Source: an uncultured candidatus Porisulfidus sp. (GTDB taxonomy: Bacteria > Pseudomonadota > Gammaproteobacteria > Poriferisulfidales > Poriferisulfidaceae). From it: 64,000 nt of DNA. The notes under the pieces are model-generated. The model did no database searches and was not told where the DNA came from. It saw nothing but the letters and a program-made list of their open reading frames with translations. Location: contig OZ241993.1 of assembly GCA_965204575.1 (NCBI GenBank), forward strand, positions 416,001 to 480,000, given 5' to 3'. Positions 33,589-44,424 of this stretch are shown one piece after another. How positions within the stretch are numbered: position 1 is the stretch's first letter; every line of letters starts with the position of its first letter. The position numbers and the translations under genes are program-made.

Positions 33589-34581
33589 ATGGAAATTTCG
33601 ATTCTGGGGCAGGGCGCATGGGGCACGGCGCTCGCCTTTCACGTATCCCAGGCCCATGCGGTGCGCTGGTGGGGTCGCGACCCGGCCCGATGCCACACAC
33701 TGGCAAGCACTCGATTGAACGAAGCCGCCCTCCCGGGTTGCGTCATCCCGGATACCGTCCAGATCACGGAGGACATCCGGGCCTGCGTGGAGGGCTGCGA
33801 CTGGGTCGTCATGACCGTACCGGTTGCGGCAACGGCTGAAGTCGCCGCACAACTGGAACCGGTCTCCCGGTTCGGGCTGATCTGGACCTGCAAGGGAATG
33901 GATCCGGACAGCGGCCGGCTGCCCGGGGAGATCCTGGATGACGTCCTGGGTCCGGGAACGCAGCGCGCCGTCCTGTCGGGGCCTTCCTTCGCGGACGACC
34001 TCGCGGCAGGGCTGCCGGCGGCCGCGGTCATGGCAGCGGCGGATCCAGAGGTCGCCGAAGCGGCGGCCACGGTGTTTCATCATGGTCCGTTTCGAATCTA
34101 TCCGGGAACGGACCCGGTCGGGGTCCAACTCGGCGGCGCGGTGAAGAACGTCCTGGCAATCGCCGCCGGCATTGCGCACGGGCTGCGGCTCGGCGACAGC
34201 GCCCGCGCCGCGTTGATTACCCGCGGCACCAACGAAATGATGGTATTGGGCAAGGCACTCGGAGCGAATCAGTCCACCTTGTCCGGCCTGTCCGGCCTGG
34301 GTGACCTTGTGCTGACCTGCTCCAGCGCCCATTCGCGCAATTTCCGCCTGGGCCAACTGATCGGCGAAGGTCAATCGGTCGAGCAGGCCAGCGCCACGAT
34401 CGGGCAGGTCACCGAGGGACGGTACACCGCCCTTGCGCTGTCTCGGCTAAGCCAGGATCATGGGCTGGAACTGCCCATCTGCGAACAGGTCCGACAAGTG
34501 CTGGCAGGAGCTATCCGTCCGGCCCAAGCGGTCGAAGCCTTGTTGACACGTCCGGCCAAGTTCGAGGTTCTGCATGCCTGA
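33589..34581 (+). CDS. gpsA: NAD(P)H-dependent glycerol-3-phosphate dehydrogenase
   Basis: GQGAWGTALA, LSGPSFA, GAVKNVLAIAAG and GLGDLVLTC. Confidence 0.96.
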   Translation: MEISILGQGAWGTALAFHVSQAHAVRWWGRDPARCHTLASTRLNEAALPGCVIPDTVQITEDIRACVEGCDWVVMTVPVAATAEVAAQLEPVSRFGLIWTCKGMDPDSGRLPGEILDDVLGPGTQRAVLSGPSFADDLAAGLPAAAVMAAADPEVAEAAATVFHHGPFRIYPGTDPVGVQLGGAVKNVLAIAAGIAHGLRLGDSARAALITRGTNEMMVLGKALGANQSTLSGLSGLGDLVLTCSSAHSRNFRLGQLIGEGQSVEQASATIGQVTEGRYTALALSRLSQDHGLELPICEQVRQVLAGAIRPAQAVEALLTRPAKFEVLHA

Positions 34582-35527
34582 CAAAGACCCGCTCTCGATC
34601 GATTTTTCCGGCCTGTCCCTGAAGACCCCCCTGGTCCTGCTCTCGGGCTGCGTCGGCTTCGGCGACGAATACACCCGGGTCGAAGGCTTTTCGCACGACG
34701 AGATCGGAGCGGTCTGCCTCAAGGGAACCACTCTCGAGCCCCGCCTGGGCAACCGGCCGCACCGGCTGGCGGAAACCCCGGACGGCCTGCTGAATTCGAT
34801 TGGCCTGCAGAACCCCGGCGTGGATGCGGTCATCCGCGATGTGCTACCGACTTTGGATTTCTCCGCCACCCGTTTCCTCGCCAACGTATCCGGAGCCACC
34901 GTCGAGGAATACGCCGAGGTCACGCGGCGCTTCGACGGCTCTCCGATCGACGGCATCGAGGTCAACATTTCGTGCCCCAACGTCAAGGCCGGCGGCATGG
35001 AATTCGGCAATGACCCGAAAATGTCGGCAGTCGTGGTCGATGCCTGCCGAAAGGCGACCTCCAAGCCGCTGATTATCAAAATGTCGCCGAATCAGACCGA
35101 CATCCGCGCCAATACGCGCGCCTGCCTGGAAGCGGGGGCGGACGCATTCGCGGTCATCAACACGGTCTCCGGCATGGCCGTCGACGCCGAGTCCCGTTCC
35201 GCCGTGCTGGGCGCAAAACAGGGAGGATTATCCGGGCCTGCCATCAAACCCATCGCCCTCCTCAAGGTGCATGAGGTCTACCAGGAAACCGAAGCCCATG
35301 GCATTCCGATCATCGGCCAAGGAGGCGTGGTTTCGACAGCGGACGCGCTGGAATTCCTGATTGCCGGTGCTTCGGCGGTGGGGGTCGGTACCGGGCTGTT
35401 CTACGACCCGCTGGCCTGCCGTTCGATCAACGAGGGCATCCGCGACTACCTGCTGCGCCACGACCTTGGTTCGGTCGCGGAACTGACCGGCACCCTGGAT
35501 TTTAGCGACGCTCAGTCTTCCGAGTAG
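34574..35527 (+). CDS. pyrD: Dihydroorotate dehydrogenase, class 1B-type catalytic subunit
   Basis: NSIGLQNPG, EVNISCPN and GGLSGPAIKP; no N-terminal membrane anchor. Confidence 0.88.
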   Translation: MPDKDPLSIDFSGLSLKTPLVLLSGCVGFGDEYTRVEGFSHDEIGAVCLKGTTLEPRLGNRPHRLAETPDGLLNSIGLQNPGVDAVIRDVLPTLDFSATRFLANVSGATVEEYAEVTRRFDGSPIDGIEVNISCPNVKAGGMEFGNDPKMSAVVVDACRKATSKPLIIKMSPNQTDIRANTRACLEAGADAFAVINTVSGMAVDAESRSAVLGAKQGGLSGPAIKPIALLKVHEVYQETEAHGIPIIGQGGVVSTADALEFLIAGASAVGVGTGLFYDPLACRSINEGIRDYLLRHDLGSVAELTGTLDFSDAQSSE

Positions 35528-36372
35528 CCGAGCCGCTCAAGCAGGCCCTGCAGCGAATCCTCGCTGCTGTAATGCAGCACCAGGTTTCCGCCTTTTCTCC
35601 CGGGACGGAGGGTGACCGGGCACCCCAGATAATCTGACAGCCGTTGCTGGAGACGCGTCAAATCCGGGTCCGGCTCCGAAGTGCCGGAAGATTTGGCTTT
35701 CTTGGTTTTCTGCGCCCGGCGCTCCGTCGCCCGAACCGACAAGTCCTCGTCCTGAATGGCTTGCGCCAGTTTTTTCTGGCGATTGGCCGGCAAGGGCACC
35801 AGAACCCGGGCATGCCCCATGCTGATCCTGCCGTCCCGGACCCACTGTTGGACTTCCGGGCAAAGTTCGAGCAGGCGAATCAGGTTGGTGACGGTGGCGC
35901 GCGCCCGGCCGACCTGTTCGGCGACTTGCTCATGGGTCTGATCCAGACGGTCGGCCAACCCGCGTAACGCCTGGGCCTCATCGATGGGATTGAGGTCTTC
36001 CCGCTGGATGTTTTCGATCAGGGTTATCGTCGCGGCCTCGTCGTCGGATAAATCGCGAATCACCGCCGGCAGGGATTCGAGTCCAGCGGCACGGGCGGCG
36101 CGTAGCCTCCGTTCCCCCGCCACCAGTTCGTATTGCCCCCCGACCCGGCGCACCACGACCGGTTGGATCGCACCGCGCTCCTTCAGCGAGGCGGCCAAAG
36201 ACTCGATCGCTTGATCGTCGAATTGAGTTCGCGGCTGGTACGGACTCGTGCGCAACCGATTCAGCGGGATGTCCTGGAGTTCCGAATCGTCGCGTTCATC
36301 AACTGGCTTGGGCCGAGAGCTCAGCAGGGCGTCGACCCCTGCTCCCAAGCGGCGTTTGGGAGGATTGCTCAT
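35512..36372 (-). CDS. parB: Chromosome partitioning protein ParB
   Basis: LGAGVDALL, PYQPR, AGERRLRA and ENIQREDLNPI. Confidence 0.96.
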   Translation of the reverse strand: MSNPPKRRLGAGVDALLSSRPKPVDERDDSELQDIPLNRLRTSPYQPRTQFDDQAIESLAASLKERGAIQPVVVRRVGGQYELVAGERRLRAARAAGLESLPAVIRDLSDDEAATITLIENIQREDLNPIDEAQALRGLADRLDQTHEQVAEQVGRARATVTNLIRLLELCPEVQQWVRDGRISMGHARVLVPLPANRQKKLAQAIQDEDLSVRATERRAQKTKKAKSSGTSEPDPDLTRLQQRLSDYLGCPVTLRPGRKGGNLVLHYSSEDSLQGLLERLGYSED

Positions 36373-37148
36373 AGGGTAAAACCGGGCTCGGAGCGTTCGC
36401 CGCGCAGGATTTCGCCCGCCAACATCAGATACGCGACAGCGCCCCGGCTCGACGGGTCGTAGGACGAGACCGGCCGCCCGTGGCTGGGCGCTTCGGCCAG
36501 CGTGACATTGCGAGGGATCATGGTGCGATAAACCTGTTCGCCAAAATGTTCTAAAAGCGCCTCGGAAACTTCGTGCGACAGTTTATTGCGTGGGTCGTAC
36601 ATGGTACGCAGGATTCCCGCGATGGCAAGTTTCTGGTTCGCTTGGCGGGAAATCTGGGCGATGGTGTCGAGCAGGGCGCTCAACCCTTCCAAGGCATAGA
36701 ACTCGCATTGGGTCGGCACGATCACACGGTCGGCAACCACCAGGGCGTTGATCGTCAGGATGTTCAGCGACGGGGGGCAATCGACGAGAATGTAGTCGTC
36801 CGCGCAATCGACCAGCGCCTCACGCAACCGGTACTCGCGCTGGTCTTCCGCCACGAGGCGCACTTCGGCTTCGGTCAGGTCGGGCCCGGCCGACACCAGG
36901 TCGAATCCCCCGTGGGGTGCGGCCACGCGCACTTCGGCAATCGGAGCGCCTTCCAGCAGAAGGTCCGCGCAGCTTTGCGCTAGGTCGTTCTTGTTCAAGC
37001 CGCAACCGGTCGTGGCATTGCCCTGGGGGTCCAGGTCGACCAGCAAGACTTTTTTGCCGGCAGAGGTCAGCGAAGCCGCCAGGTTGATGGCGGTGGTGGT
37101 TTTACCGACTCCGCCTTTCTGGTTGCAGATGGCGAATACCTGGGTCAT
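36369..37148 (-). CDS. parA: Chromosome partitioning ATPase ParA (Soj)
   Basis: NQKGGVGKTT, DLDPQGN, DCPP and LAEAPSHG; start re-called at ATG 37148. Confidence 0.96.
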   Translation of the reverse strand: MTQVFAICNQKGGVGKTTTAINLAASLTSAGKKVLLVDLDPQGNATTGCGLNKNDLAQSCADLLLEGAPIAEVRVAAPHGGFDLVSAGPDLTEAEVRLVAEDQREYRLREALVDCADDYILVDCPPSLNILTINALVVADRVIVPTQCEFYALEGLSALLDTIAQISRQANQKLAIAGILRTMYDPRNKLSHEVSEALLEHFGEQVYRTMIPRNVTLAEAPSHGRPVSSYDPSSRGAVAYLMLAGEILRGERSEPGFTL

Positions 37149-37894
37149 GAGCCCTCCGCGGCGGCATCCGAGGGGCGAAGCACCACCACCGTTCGGGTCG
37201 AAGAGCCGGCGACCGATTTCTCCAGTTTCATGACCGAAGCGTTCCACCCTTGCGGAAGTTCATGCAATTCCCGTTCGACGTCCAGACCCTTCGGAAACAA
37301 GTAGACTCCCTCCGCGCCGATCAGGTGTTCGCTGCATCGGACAAGCTCCCCCAGCGAACCCACCGCCCGAGCCATGACGCATTCGAACGGGTCGCCCTGG
37401 TAATGCCCGACTTCGCCCGTGACGACTTCGACATTGGGCAGGTCCAGTTCCAACTTTGCCTGCCGGACGAAGCGGGTTTTCTTGCGGCTGCGGTCGAGCA
37501 GCACGAATTGGCGTTCGGGGTGGATCACGGCCAGCGGCAAGCCCGGCAACCCGGCACCCGTGCCAAAATCCAGAATCCGGCGGGCATCGGACGGAAGAAA
37601 ACTGGAAAGCACGAGAGAATCCAAGAGGTGCCGCGGCACGATTTCCGGCAGGGTGCGGGCGCCGACCAGGTTGTACGCCCGGTTCCACTGCGCGACAAGC
37701 CTACAGTAAGCCGACAGGGTCTTGACTTGCTCGGAGGAGAGATCCAAGCCGGAAATCCCCCGAATGCCTGCCTTCAGTTGGCGCTCCAATACGCTTTCCG
37801 ACGGCAAGCCGGAAGTCGCGGAAACGGTTCGAGAACGGCGCGTTTGGCGAGAGGGCTCCCGGGCACGGGAAGGAAGGGCCCTGCCTCCCCCCAT
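37145..37894 (-). CDS. rsmG: 16S rRNA m7G527 methyltransferase
   Basis: WNRAYNL, HLLDSL and DFGTGAGLPG; start uncertain. Confidence 0.93.
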   Translation of the reverse strand: MGGGRALPSRAREPSRQTRRSRTVSATSGLPSESVLERQLKAGIRGISGLDLSSEQVKTLSAYCRLVAQWNRAYNLVGARTLPEIVPRHLLDSLVLSSFLPSDARRILDFGTGAGLPGLPLAVIHPERQFVLLDRSRKKTRFVRQAKLELDLPNVEVVTGEVGHYQGDPFECVMARAVGSLGELVRCSEHLIGAEGVYLFPKGLDVERELHELPQGWNASVMKLEKSVAGSSTRTVVVLRPSDAAAEGS

Positions 37895-37895
37895 G

Positions 37896-39728
37896 TCAGA
37901 GAACCTGTTGCCGGGTGCCGTCGGCCTTCAAGTGGATCTTCAGGATCGCGACGGCGGCAGGCGTCACTCCGGGAATGCGCGCGGCCTGCCCCAGCGTGGC
38001 GGGCCGGCAGTGGCTCAACTTCTCTCGCGCCTCGTGGGACAAGGCGGTAATCGACCGATAGTCGATTCCGTCCGGCAGGCGACGGGTTTCGTCCTGCTTG
38101 AGCCGTTCGATCTCGTGTTGATGCCGGCGGATATATCCTTCGTAGCGAAGTTCGATCTCCGCCTGGCGACCGATCTCGGGACTGGCCGGCTCGTACGCCG
38201 GAAGCATCGAGACGGCTTCCGCATAGTTCGTTTCGGGGCGCCGCAGAACATCGGCCAAACTGTCTTCGCCCAGCCGAGTGGCCCGCAATCGTCCCAATTC
38301 CTGTTCCAGAGAATCGCGCCGCTTGCAGAAAAGATCCCAGTGCGTGTCGCAGACCAAGCCCAACTCGCGCCCGGTCTCGGTCAGGCGCAGGTCGGCATTG
38401 TCTTCCCGTAGGGTCAGGCGGTATTCGGCGCGGCTGGTGAACATGCGGTACGGCTCATCCACGCCCCGGGTAATCAGGTCATCGACCAGAACGCCGGCAT
38501 AGGCCTCGTCGCGGCGTGGCCACCAAGCCTCGCGGTTCAGGCTTTGGGCTGCCGCGTTATAGCCTGCCAGCAGTCCCTGCGCCGCTGCTTCTTCGTAACC
38601 GGTCGTGCCGTTGATTTGTCCCGCCAGATACAGGCCGGGCAGGGCCTTGCACTGCAAGGTCGGGCGCAGTTGCCGCGGGTCGAAGAAGTCGTATTCGATG
38701 GCATAGCCGTAACGCGTCAGTTGCGCTTCCTCAAACCCCGGAATGGTCCGGACGAACCGTTCCTGCACTTCGGCCGGCAGACTGGTGGAGATTCCATTGG
38801 GATAGATCACGTCGGTATCCAAGCCTTCGGGCTCGATGAACACCTGGTGAGACGGTCGCTCGGCAAAACGGACCACCTTGTCCTCAACCGAGGGGCAATA
38901 ACGCGGCCCGCGGCCGTCAATGGCGCCCGTATGCATCGGCGACTGGTGCAAATGTGCGCGAATCAGTTCGTGAGTCGCTTCTGTCGTCCGGGTCAGATGG
39001 CAGGACACCTGCCGCGGATGCACATCCGGCGGGCTGAGCCGGGACAGCGGCGGTGGCGGGATTTCGCCCGGCTGGACAGAAACTTTATCCCAATCAATGG
39101 TTTGGCCGTCCAGACGAGGAGGGGTTCCGGTCTTGAGCCGCCCGACATCGGGCAACAGTTCACGCAACCGATGCGCGAGGAGCAGGGACGGAGGGTCTCC
39201 GGCCCGACCGCCTTGGGTCTGTTCAGCCCCGATATGAATCGCGCCATCCAGAAATGTGCCGGTGGACAGCACGACCGCAGACGCCTCGATCCGGTTTCCT
39301 TCCTCGGTAAGAATGCCACCGACCTTGCCGTCCCGTACGATCAGGTCGCCGACTGCAATCGATTGAACCTCCAGGTTTTGGGCTTCGGTGACGAAGCCCT
39401 GGATCGCCTCGCGGTAGAGCTTGCGATCAGTCTGGGCGCGGGTGGCGTGCACCGCAGGCCCTTTTCTCCGGTTAAGCACTCGGACATGGATGCCGGCACG
39501 ATCCGCTGCCTGCGCCATCACCCCGCCCAGTGCATCAATTTCGCGCACCAGGTGGCTTTTCCCGATGCCGCCAATCGCCGGGTTGCAACTCATTTGTCCG
39601 ATTCTGTCGAAACGGTGAGTCAAAAGCAGGGTGCGCGCGCCGGTGCGCGCAGACGCAAGCGCCGCCTCCACGCCGGCATGGCCGCCGCCGATGACTAGAG
39701 CGTCCCAGATGCGATTCGTGGCTGTCAT
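37896..39728 (-). CDS. mnmG: tRNA uridine 5-carboxymethylaminomethyl modification enzyme (GidA)
   Basis: [31 protein letters not shown] and [13 protein letters not shown]. Confidence 0.98.
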   Translation of the reverse strand: MTATNRIWDALVIGGGHAGVEAALASARTGARTLLLTHRFDRIGQMSCNPAIGGIGKSHLVREIDALGGVMAQAADRAGIHVRVLNRRKGPAVHATRAQTDRKLYREAIQGFVTEAQNLEVQSIAVGDLIVRDGKVGGILTEEGNRIEASAVVLSTGTFLDGAIHIGAEQTQGGRAGDPPSLLLAHRLRELLPDVGRLKTGTPPRLDGQTIDWDKVSVQPGEIPPPPLSRLSPPDVHPRQVSCHLTRTTEATHELIRAHLHQSPMHTGAIDGRGPRYCPSVEDKVVRFAERPSHQVFIEPEGLDTDVIYPNGISTSLPAEVQERFVRTIPGFEEAQLTRYGYAIEYDFFDPRQLRPTLQCKALPGLYLAGQINGTTGYEEAAAQGLLAGYNAAAQSLNREAWWPRRDEAYAGVLVDDLITRGVDEPYRMFTSRAEYRLTLREDNADLRLTETGRELGLVCDTHWDLFCKRRDSLEQELGRLRATRLGEDSLADVLRRPETNYAEAVSMLPAYEPASPEIGRQAEIELRYEGYIRRHQHEIERLKQDETRRLPDGIDYRSITALSHEAREKLSHCRPATLGQAARIPGVTPAAVAILKIHLKADGTRQQVL

Positions 39729-39827
39729 TGCGTCGCTTAATATAGATGGAATCTGGAAATTCGGGGAAATATCCGATATAATAATTTATATATTATCTCT
39801 TTTTCGGACATTTATCGGACAACCAAA

Positions 39828-40313
39828 ATGCGCCAAGAACGGCATAAGTTATTGTCCAGGCTGGAGAAACTAGGGCGGCCCGCGCTGATCTCAGAACTGC
39901 GTCAAGGATTCCGTGTCAATGATCGGACCCTGCGCCGTTGGTTGCTCGCGCTATGCGACGAAGGAGAGGTCGAGGCGACCGGATCCAACAAGGGAAGGCG
40001 GTACCGACTCGCGGCACCGCCGAAAACGGACCCGCAAATCGAGGACGGGACTCTTGATGAACTGCAACAGGAACTGCTGCGCGAAGCAATCCGCGACGCC
40101 GTCTGCGGGCGCACCCTGACAATCCTCCTCACGGAGCGTATTCGGACCCTTCTTCCAGCCCCGGTCCGCCCAGGCTTCATCGAAAACACCCTGCAACGCC
40201 TTCAATCGGTGACAAGCCAGGAAGCAAAATCGCTCGGGATCTCCCTGGAGGCATTCGAACGCTGGCGCCATCTACAATGCTCTACCGAATCCGGGCAACC
40301 GGCCGTCGATTGA
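39828..40313 (+). CDS. Winged-HTH protein resembling a Fic-family protein lacking the Fic domain
   Basis: N-terminal RTLRRWL...GEVEATGSNKGRRY HTH; helical C-terminus ending LGIS...FERW; no HPFxDGNGR motif. Confidence 0.55.
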   Translation: MRQERHKLLSRLEKLGRPALISELRQGFRVNDRTLRRWLLALCDEGEVEATGSNKGRRYRLAAPPKTDPQIEDGTLDELQQELLREAIRDAVCGRTLTILLTERIRTLLPAPVRPGFIENTLQRLQSVTSQEAKSLGISLEAFERWRHLQCSTESGQPAVD

Positions 40314-40326
40314 CCCGAATCCCGCC

Positions 40327-41031
40327 ATGACTCTCCGCTTTCTTTCCATCGAGCATGTGCCACAAGAGGGGGTGGGCACAATTTCTACGTATATTCAAGA
40401 GATTGGCGGAAACCTGGCCCGGCACAGGCAATACCAGCAACACCCCCTGTCCGCTTCCCACGACGACTACGACGTGCTGGTGGCAATGGGGGGGCCGATG
40501 GGTGTATGCGACTCCGCCCAGTATCCCTGGCTCGACCGCGAACTGCACTTCATCCGCGAAGCGATTGATCAGGGCAAACCCGTCCTCGGCGTTTGTCTCG
40601 GCGCCCAGATGATCGCCAAGGCCTTGGGCGCGGAGGTTCGAAAGAATCCCTGCACGGAAATCGGCTGGTTCCCGGTTCATTTTGAGGACGCATTTCTGGA
40701 AACCCGGCTCGGGCAGGGGCTTGACCGGAAAATGGACGTCTTGCACTGGCACGGGGACACCTTTTCCATCCCTCCGGGCGCGGTGCATGTCGCGAGCAGC
40801 GAGGCCTGCGCCAACCAAGGGTTCCTGTACGAGGAGAGAGTGTTGGGACTTCAGTTCCACCTGGAGATGGGAACGGAAGAAGTGGACGTGATGACCGAAC
40901 ATTTCAAGGATGAACTGGTGCCCGACAGATTCGTGCAGGGCGGGGAAGAGATCCAGGCGCGAACCGAGGAATGTGCCGCGTCGGCACGGCGGGTCCTGTT
41001 CTCTATCTTGGACGGATGGCTGGAACGCTAA
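40327..41031 (+). CDS. Class I glutamine amidotransferase (GMP synthase-like)
   Basis: MGGPM, LGVCLGAQ, WHGD and QFHLE. Confidence 0.9.
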   Translation: MTLRFLSIEHVPQEGVGTISTYIQEIGGNLARHRQYQQHPLSASHDDYDVLVAMGGPMGVCDSAQYPWLDRELHFIREAIDQGKPVLGVCLGAQMIAKALGAEVRKNPCTEIGWFPVHFEDAFLETRLGQGLDRKMDVLHWHGDTFSIPPGAVHVASSEACANQGFLYEERVLGLQFHLEMGTEEVDVMTEHFKDELVPDRFVQGGEEIQARTEECAASARRVLFSILDGWLER

Positions 41032-41115
41032 CTGAGGTAGTCTTAAAAATAATCTTATTTATCAATAAATTAGTATCTATCATGCATTCCCCTTTTCTCT
41101 ACCTGTGCTCCAAGA

Positions 41116-41142
41116 AAAACGCCCAGCCGAAGCTGGGCGTTT
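41116..41142. terminator. Bidirectional intrinsic terminator
   Basis: AAAACGCCCAGC-CGAA-GCTGGGCGTTT between convergent genes. Confidence 0.75.
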
Positions 41143-41174
41143 AATTTTTGAGGCTAGTTTTATGTTCGACTGAA

Positions 41175-41696
41175 TTACTCCGATGACAGCATTCCACCGA
41201 CTTTACCGGAGATCATGCCAAAGACGGCGCCAACGACAACGGATATCGCGACGACGACCAAGGCGTTTGAAGTACCAGCAGAGCTTAAGGCTTCCATAGT
41301 AAACGCGCCCTCAGTCTGCAGCGCATAGGCTGCAACGCTTGCATAGCCCAAAACACTTGCCGGGATTGAGGAGAAGTATTCGACATGGGCCAACAGGCAC
41401 ATGACTAGAACACTACCAGCAACTACGATTCCTGCCCAGATGGGAACAGTCAACGCTTCGCTTAACGGGATCAATAAGAAAACAAGTAGCGCTACCCAAG
41501 CGGCCACTGCACCAAAAATACCGCAAACAATCGTGTTTTGCAGTGCTTTTTGGTCTCCCCCTATTGCGAAATAACAGGCCCAAGCAATGAAAGCTACCCA
41601 AATAAGAACGATTCCGGATAATGGGCCCAAACTTAGTGCCGTTGCGACACCACCTAGAACACCAATGCTGACCGATAATGCGACAAGACTTGACAT
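41175..41696 (-). CDS. DUF1097-like membrane protein
   Basis: SIGVLGG, WVAFIAWACYF and IPASVLGYA; AGGAGG RBS. Confidence 0.75.
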   Translation of the reverse strand: MSSLVALSVSIGVLGGVATALSLGPLSGIVLIWVAFIAWACYFAIGGDQKALQNTIVCGIFGAVAAWVALLVFLLIPLSEALTVPIWAGIVVAGSVLVMCLLAHVEYFSSIPASVLGYASVAAYALQTEGAFTMEALSSAGTSNALVVVAISVVVGAVFGMISGKVGGMLSSE

Positions 41697-41949
41697 GGTC
41701 ATACCTCCTGTCAAATTGTTTTATCGACCGCTTCCGGCTAAATCTAACGTCCAACCGAACGACGATCTACCCCTATTGTACATGGTATGGATTTCCGCAA
41801 GTACCACTTTCGGAAGAGTCAATTCGGACGGCAATCGTGCCGGGGAAAATCCCGAGTGCCACTCCTTGGTTTTTCCGTTTCGCAACACCGGCTATAGACC
41901 AAGACCCATCAACATCCCCATCTCCATAGGCACCGGAAAAAGCGCGTGG

Positions 41950-41977
41950 TTGACATTGGCGGCAGTTGACCTATGAT
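41950..41977 (+). promoter_or_regulatory. sigma70 promoter of the rpmH operon
   Basis: TTGACA, 16-bp spacer, TATGAT; 24 nt upstream of the rpmH ATG. Confidence 0.7.
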
Positions 41978-42001
41978 GCGCACCCGGTTGCAATTCCGAC
42001 C

Positions 42002-42136
42002 ATGAAACGAACCTTTCAGCCCAACAATTTGCGCCGCAAGCGGACGCACGGATTCCGCGCCCGCATGCGGACTCGTGCCGGGCGCGCCATTCTTAATGCC
42101 CGGCGCCGCCGCGGTCGTGCGCGACTCATCCCCTGA
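42002..42136 (+). CDS. rpmH: 50S ribosomal protein L34 (missing from the ORF track)
   Basis: Hand translation [44 protein letters not shown]. Confidence 0.98.
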   Translation: MKRTFQPNNLRRKRTHGFRARMRTRAGRAILNARRRRGRARLIP

Positions 42137-42497
42137 GCCGGAAGAAGCCCCCGGGCGATTCTCTTTCCCGCGCAGCCGCAGGCTGGTTCATTCGCATCAG
42201 TTCCAGAATGTCTACCGGCACCGGAAGACGAAGCGTGCGCATGGCCGCATCGTTTCTTGCGTATGGGTGCCGAACGGACAACCGGCAGCACGCCTGGGGC
42301 TCGCTGTCTCGAAACGCGCGCTGCGGCGCAGCTCTGCCCGCAACACGTTCAAGCGCCTGGTGCGCGAACACTTCCGGCTCCACTCCCTGTCCGGGATGGA
42401 TTTGATCGTCAGCTGCCGCCGAGGCATCCGCCCCCCGCTCGACCGGCGGGCGATCCGTCTTGATCTTGCCGACCTTTGGGACAGGATCAGGCCATGA
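42096..42497 (+). CDS. rnpA: Ribonuclease P protein component
   Basis: [16 protein letters not shown] and [11 protein letters not shown]; nearest in-frame ATG is 42096, inside rpmH, so the start is uncertain. Confidence 0.9.
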   Translation: MPGAAAVVRDSSPEPEEAPGRFSFPRSRRLVHSHQFQNVYRHRKTKRAHGRIVSCVWVPNGQPAARLGLAVSKRALRRSSARNTFKRLVREHFRLHSLSGMDLIVSCRRGIRPPLDRRAIRLDLADLWDRIRP

Positions 42498-42727
42498 CCC
42501 GTTTTCTCATCGGCCTGTTGCGCGCCTACCAGTACCTGCTCAGTCCGTTTTTCGGACAGCACTGCAGGTTTACGCCGACCTGCTCGCAGTACGCCATCGA
42601 CGCTCTGCGCGAACACGGCCCCTGGCGCGGCAGCATGCTCGCGGCAAGGCGCGTGCTGCGTTGCCACCCCTGGCACCCGGGGGGATTGGATCCAGTGCCG
42701 GAACGGAGGCGCACCCATGGGTGGTGA
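42494..42727 (+). CDS. yidD: Membrane protein insertion efficiency factor
   Basis: [17 protein letters not shown] and [14 protein letters not shown]. Confidence 0.96.
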   Translation: MTRFLIGLLRAYQYLLSPFFGQHCRFTPTCSQYAIDALREHGPWRGSMLAARRVLRCHPWHPGGLDPVPERRRTHGW

Positions 42728-44411
42728 TCCCCGGCTGTTCCTGTACGGCGCCCTCGCCATCATGCTGTTCCTGGTCTGGCAAACCTGGGAACTGGAGAAG
42801 GCCCCTCCTTCTGTAACTCCGCAAGCTTCGCAGCAGCGACCGGCTCCGGGGGAAGGGGCTCCGGACATGCCGGCACCCCGAGCGGAGGACATGCCCGAGG
42901 CCCGGCAGGCCGAGCCCGCCGCCGACCTTCCTAACGAAGCCTTGCCCGAGCGCCGTGACTGGGTCAAGGTGCGGACGGATGTGTTGGACCTGCGGATCGA
43001 CACCGTGGGCGGAAACGTCATGCAGGCAGACCTTCCCCAGTACCCGGTCTCCCTCGAAAAGCCGGACGTTCCCACACGACTCTTGTATGTCGGCAATGAG
43101 AAATACGTCGTGCAGAGCGGGCTGACGCACGACACGAGCGGTGATCTGGATCTCAGCCACCGGGCGCCCAGCCATCATTCGCCCTATCAGGCCGATCGGC
43201 TGCAGTACGATTTTTCCGAGGCGACCGAACCGGAAACCGTCACCCTGCGTTGGAACGGGCCGGACGGCATCCAGGTGCTCAAGCATTTCCGCTTCACACC
43301 GGGCCAATACCTGGTCGACGTCACGCACGAAGTACGCAACCAAGGGACGGAAGACTGGGTCGGTCGGCAATACCGCCAGTTGCGACGCAGCGCCGGGCGC
43401 GCGCCGGATCGAACCTCGCTCCTGTTTGGCAACACCGAGGCCATTTCCTTCATTGGTGCGGCCTATCACGATTCCGAGACTTACCACAAGCTGTCGTTCG
43501 AGGACATGGACGAGGAGCCGTTCAGCGCAAACCTGATGGACGGATGGGTGGCCATGCTGCAGCACTATTTCGTTTCCGCCTGGGTGCCTCCACGCGGGGA
43601 TGTCGAACGGTACTACACCCGGGTCGTGCGCGGAGGGCGTTATCCCGAATACCTCATCGGCATGCATTCGCCCGCCCAGCGCATCGCGCCTGAAGCCAGC
43701 GCCCGGTTTTCCTCACAACTGTACGTCGGGCCGAAAGAGCAAAACAAACTCAAGGAGATTGCCAACGGCCTGGAATTGACCGTGGACTACGGCATCCTCA
43801 CGATCCTGTCGAAACCCCTGTTCTGGGTCCTGGACAATATCTACTGGCTGACCGGCAACTGGGGCTGGTCGATCGTGCTGCTGACGGTCCTGATCAAACT
43901 GGTGTTCTACAAACTGTCCGAGACCAGCTACCGGTCAATGGCGAAGATGCGCAAGTTCGCACCGCGGGTGCAACAGCTGCGCGAACGCTACGGCAGCGAC
44001 CGCGTGAAGATGAACGAGGCGATGATGAAGATGTACCGGGAGGAGAAGGTCAACCCGCTGGGCGGCTGCTGGCCGATCCTCGTGCAGATCCCGGTCTTCA
44101 TCGCACTGTACTGGGTGCTTCTGGAAAGCGTGGAGTTGCGCCAAGCCCCGTTTATCGCCTGGATTCATGACTTGTCGGTGCGCGATCCGTACTACGTCCT
44201 CCCGGTGCTGATGGGTGCGAGCATGGTCGTGCAGACCAAGCTCAATCCGACCCCCCCGGACCCGTTCCAGGCCAAGCTGATGATGGCGTTGCCGATCGTG
44301 TTCACGGTCTTCTTCCTGTTCTTCCCGGCCGGGCTGGTCCTGTACTGGCTGGTCAACAACCTGCTCTCGATCGCCCAGCAGTGGTTCATCATCCGGCGCA
44401 TGGACGCGTAG
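42717..44411 (+). CDS. yidC: Membrane protein insertase
   Basis: QHYF, LYVGPK, VDYG, GNWGWSI and NPLGGCWP. Confidence 0.98.
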   Translation: MGGDPRLFLYGALAIMLFLVWQTWELEKAPPSVTPQASQQRPAPGEGAPDMPAPRAEDMPEARQAEPAADLPNEALPERRDWVKVRTDVLDLRIDTVGGNVMQADLPQYPVSLEKPDVPTRLLYVGNEKYVVQSGLTHDTSGDLDLSHRAPSHHSPYQADRLQYDFSEATEPETVTLRWNGPDGIQVLKHFRFTPGQYLVDVTHEVRNQGTEDWVGRQYRQLRRSAGRAPDRTSLLFGNTEAISFIGAAYHDSETYHKLSFEDMDEEPFSANLMDGWVAMLQHYFVSAWVPPRGDVERYYTRVVRGGRYPEYLIGMHSPAQRIAPEASARFSSQLYVGPKEQNKLKEIANGLELTVDYGILTILSKPLFWVLDNIYWLTGNWGWSIVLLTVLIKLVFYKLSETSYRSMAKMRKFAPRVQQLRERYGSDRVKMNEAMMKMYREEKVNPLGGCWPILVQIPVFIALYWVLLESVELRQAPFIAWIHDLSVRDPYYVLPVLMGASMVVQTKLNPTPPDPFQAKLMMALPIVFTVFFLFFPAGLVLYWLVNNLLSIAQQWFIIRRMDA

Positions 44412-44424
44412 TGCCGCAACCGGC

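Noticed and set aside
39729-39827. AT-rich stretch upstream of mnmG as oriC
   Set aside because: Only about 100 bp and no DnaA boxes; better explained as a divergent promoter and operator.
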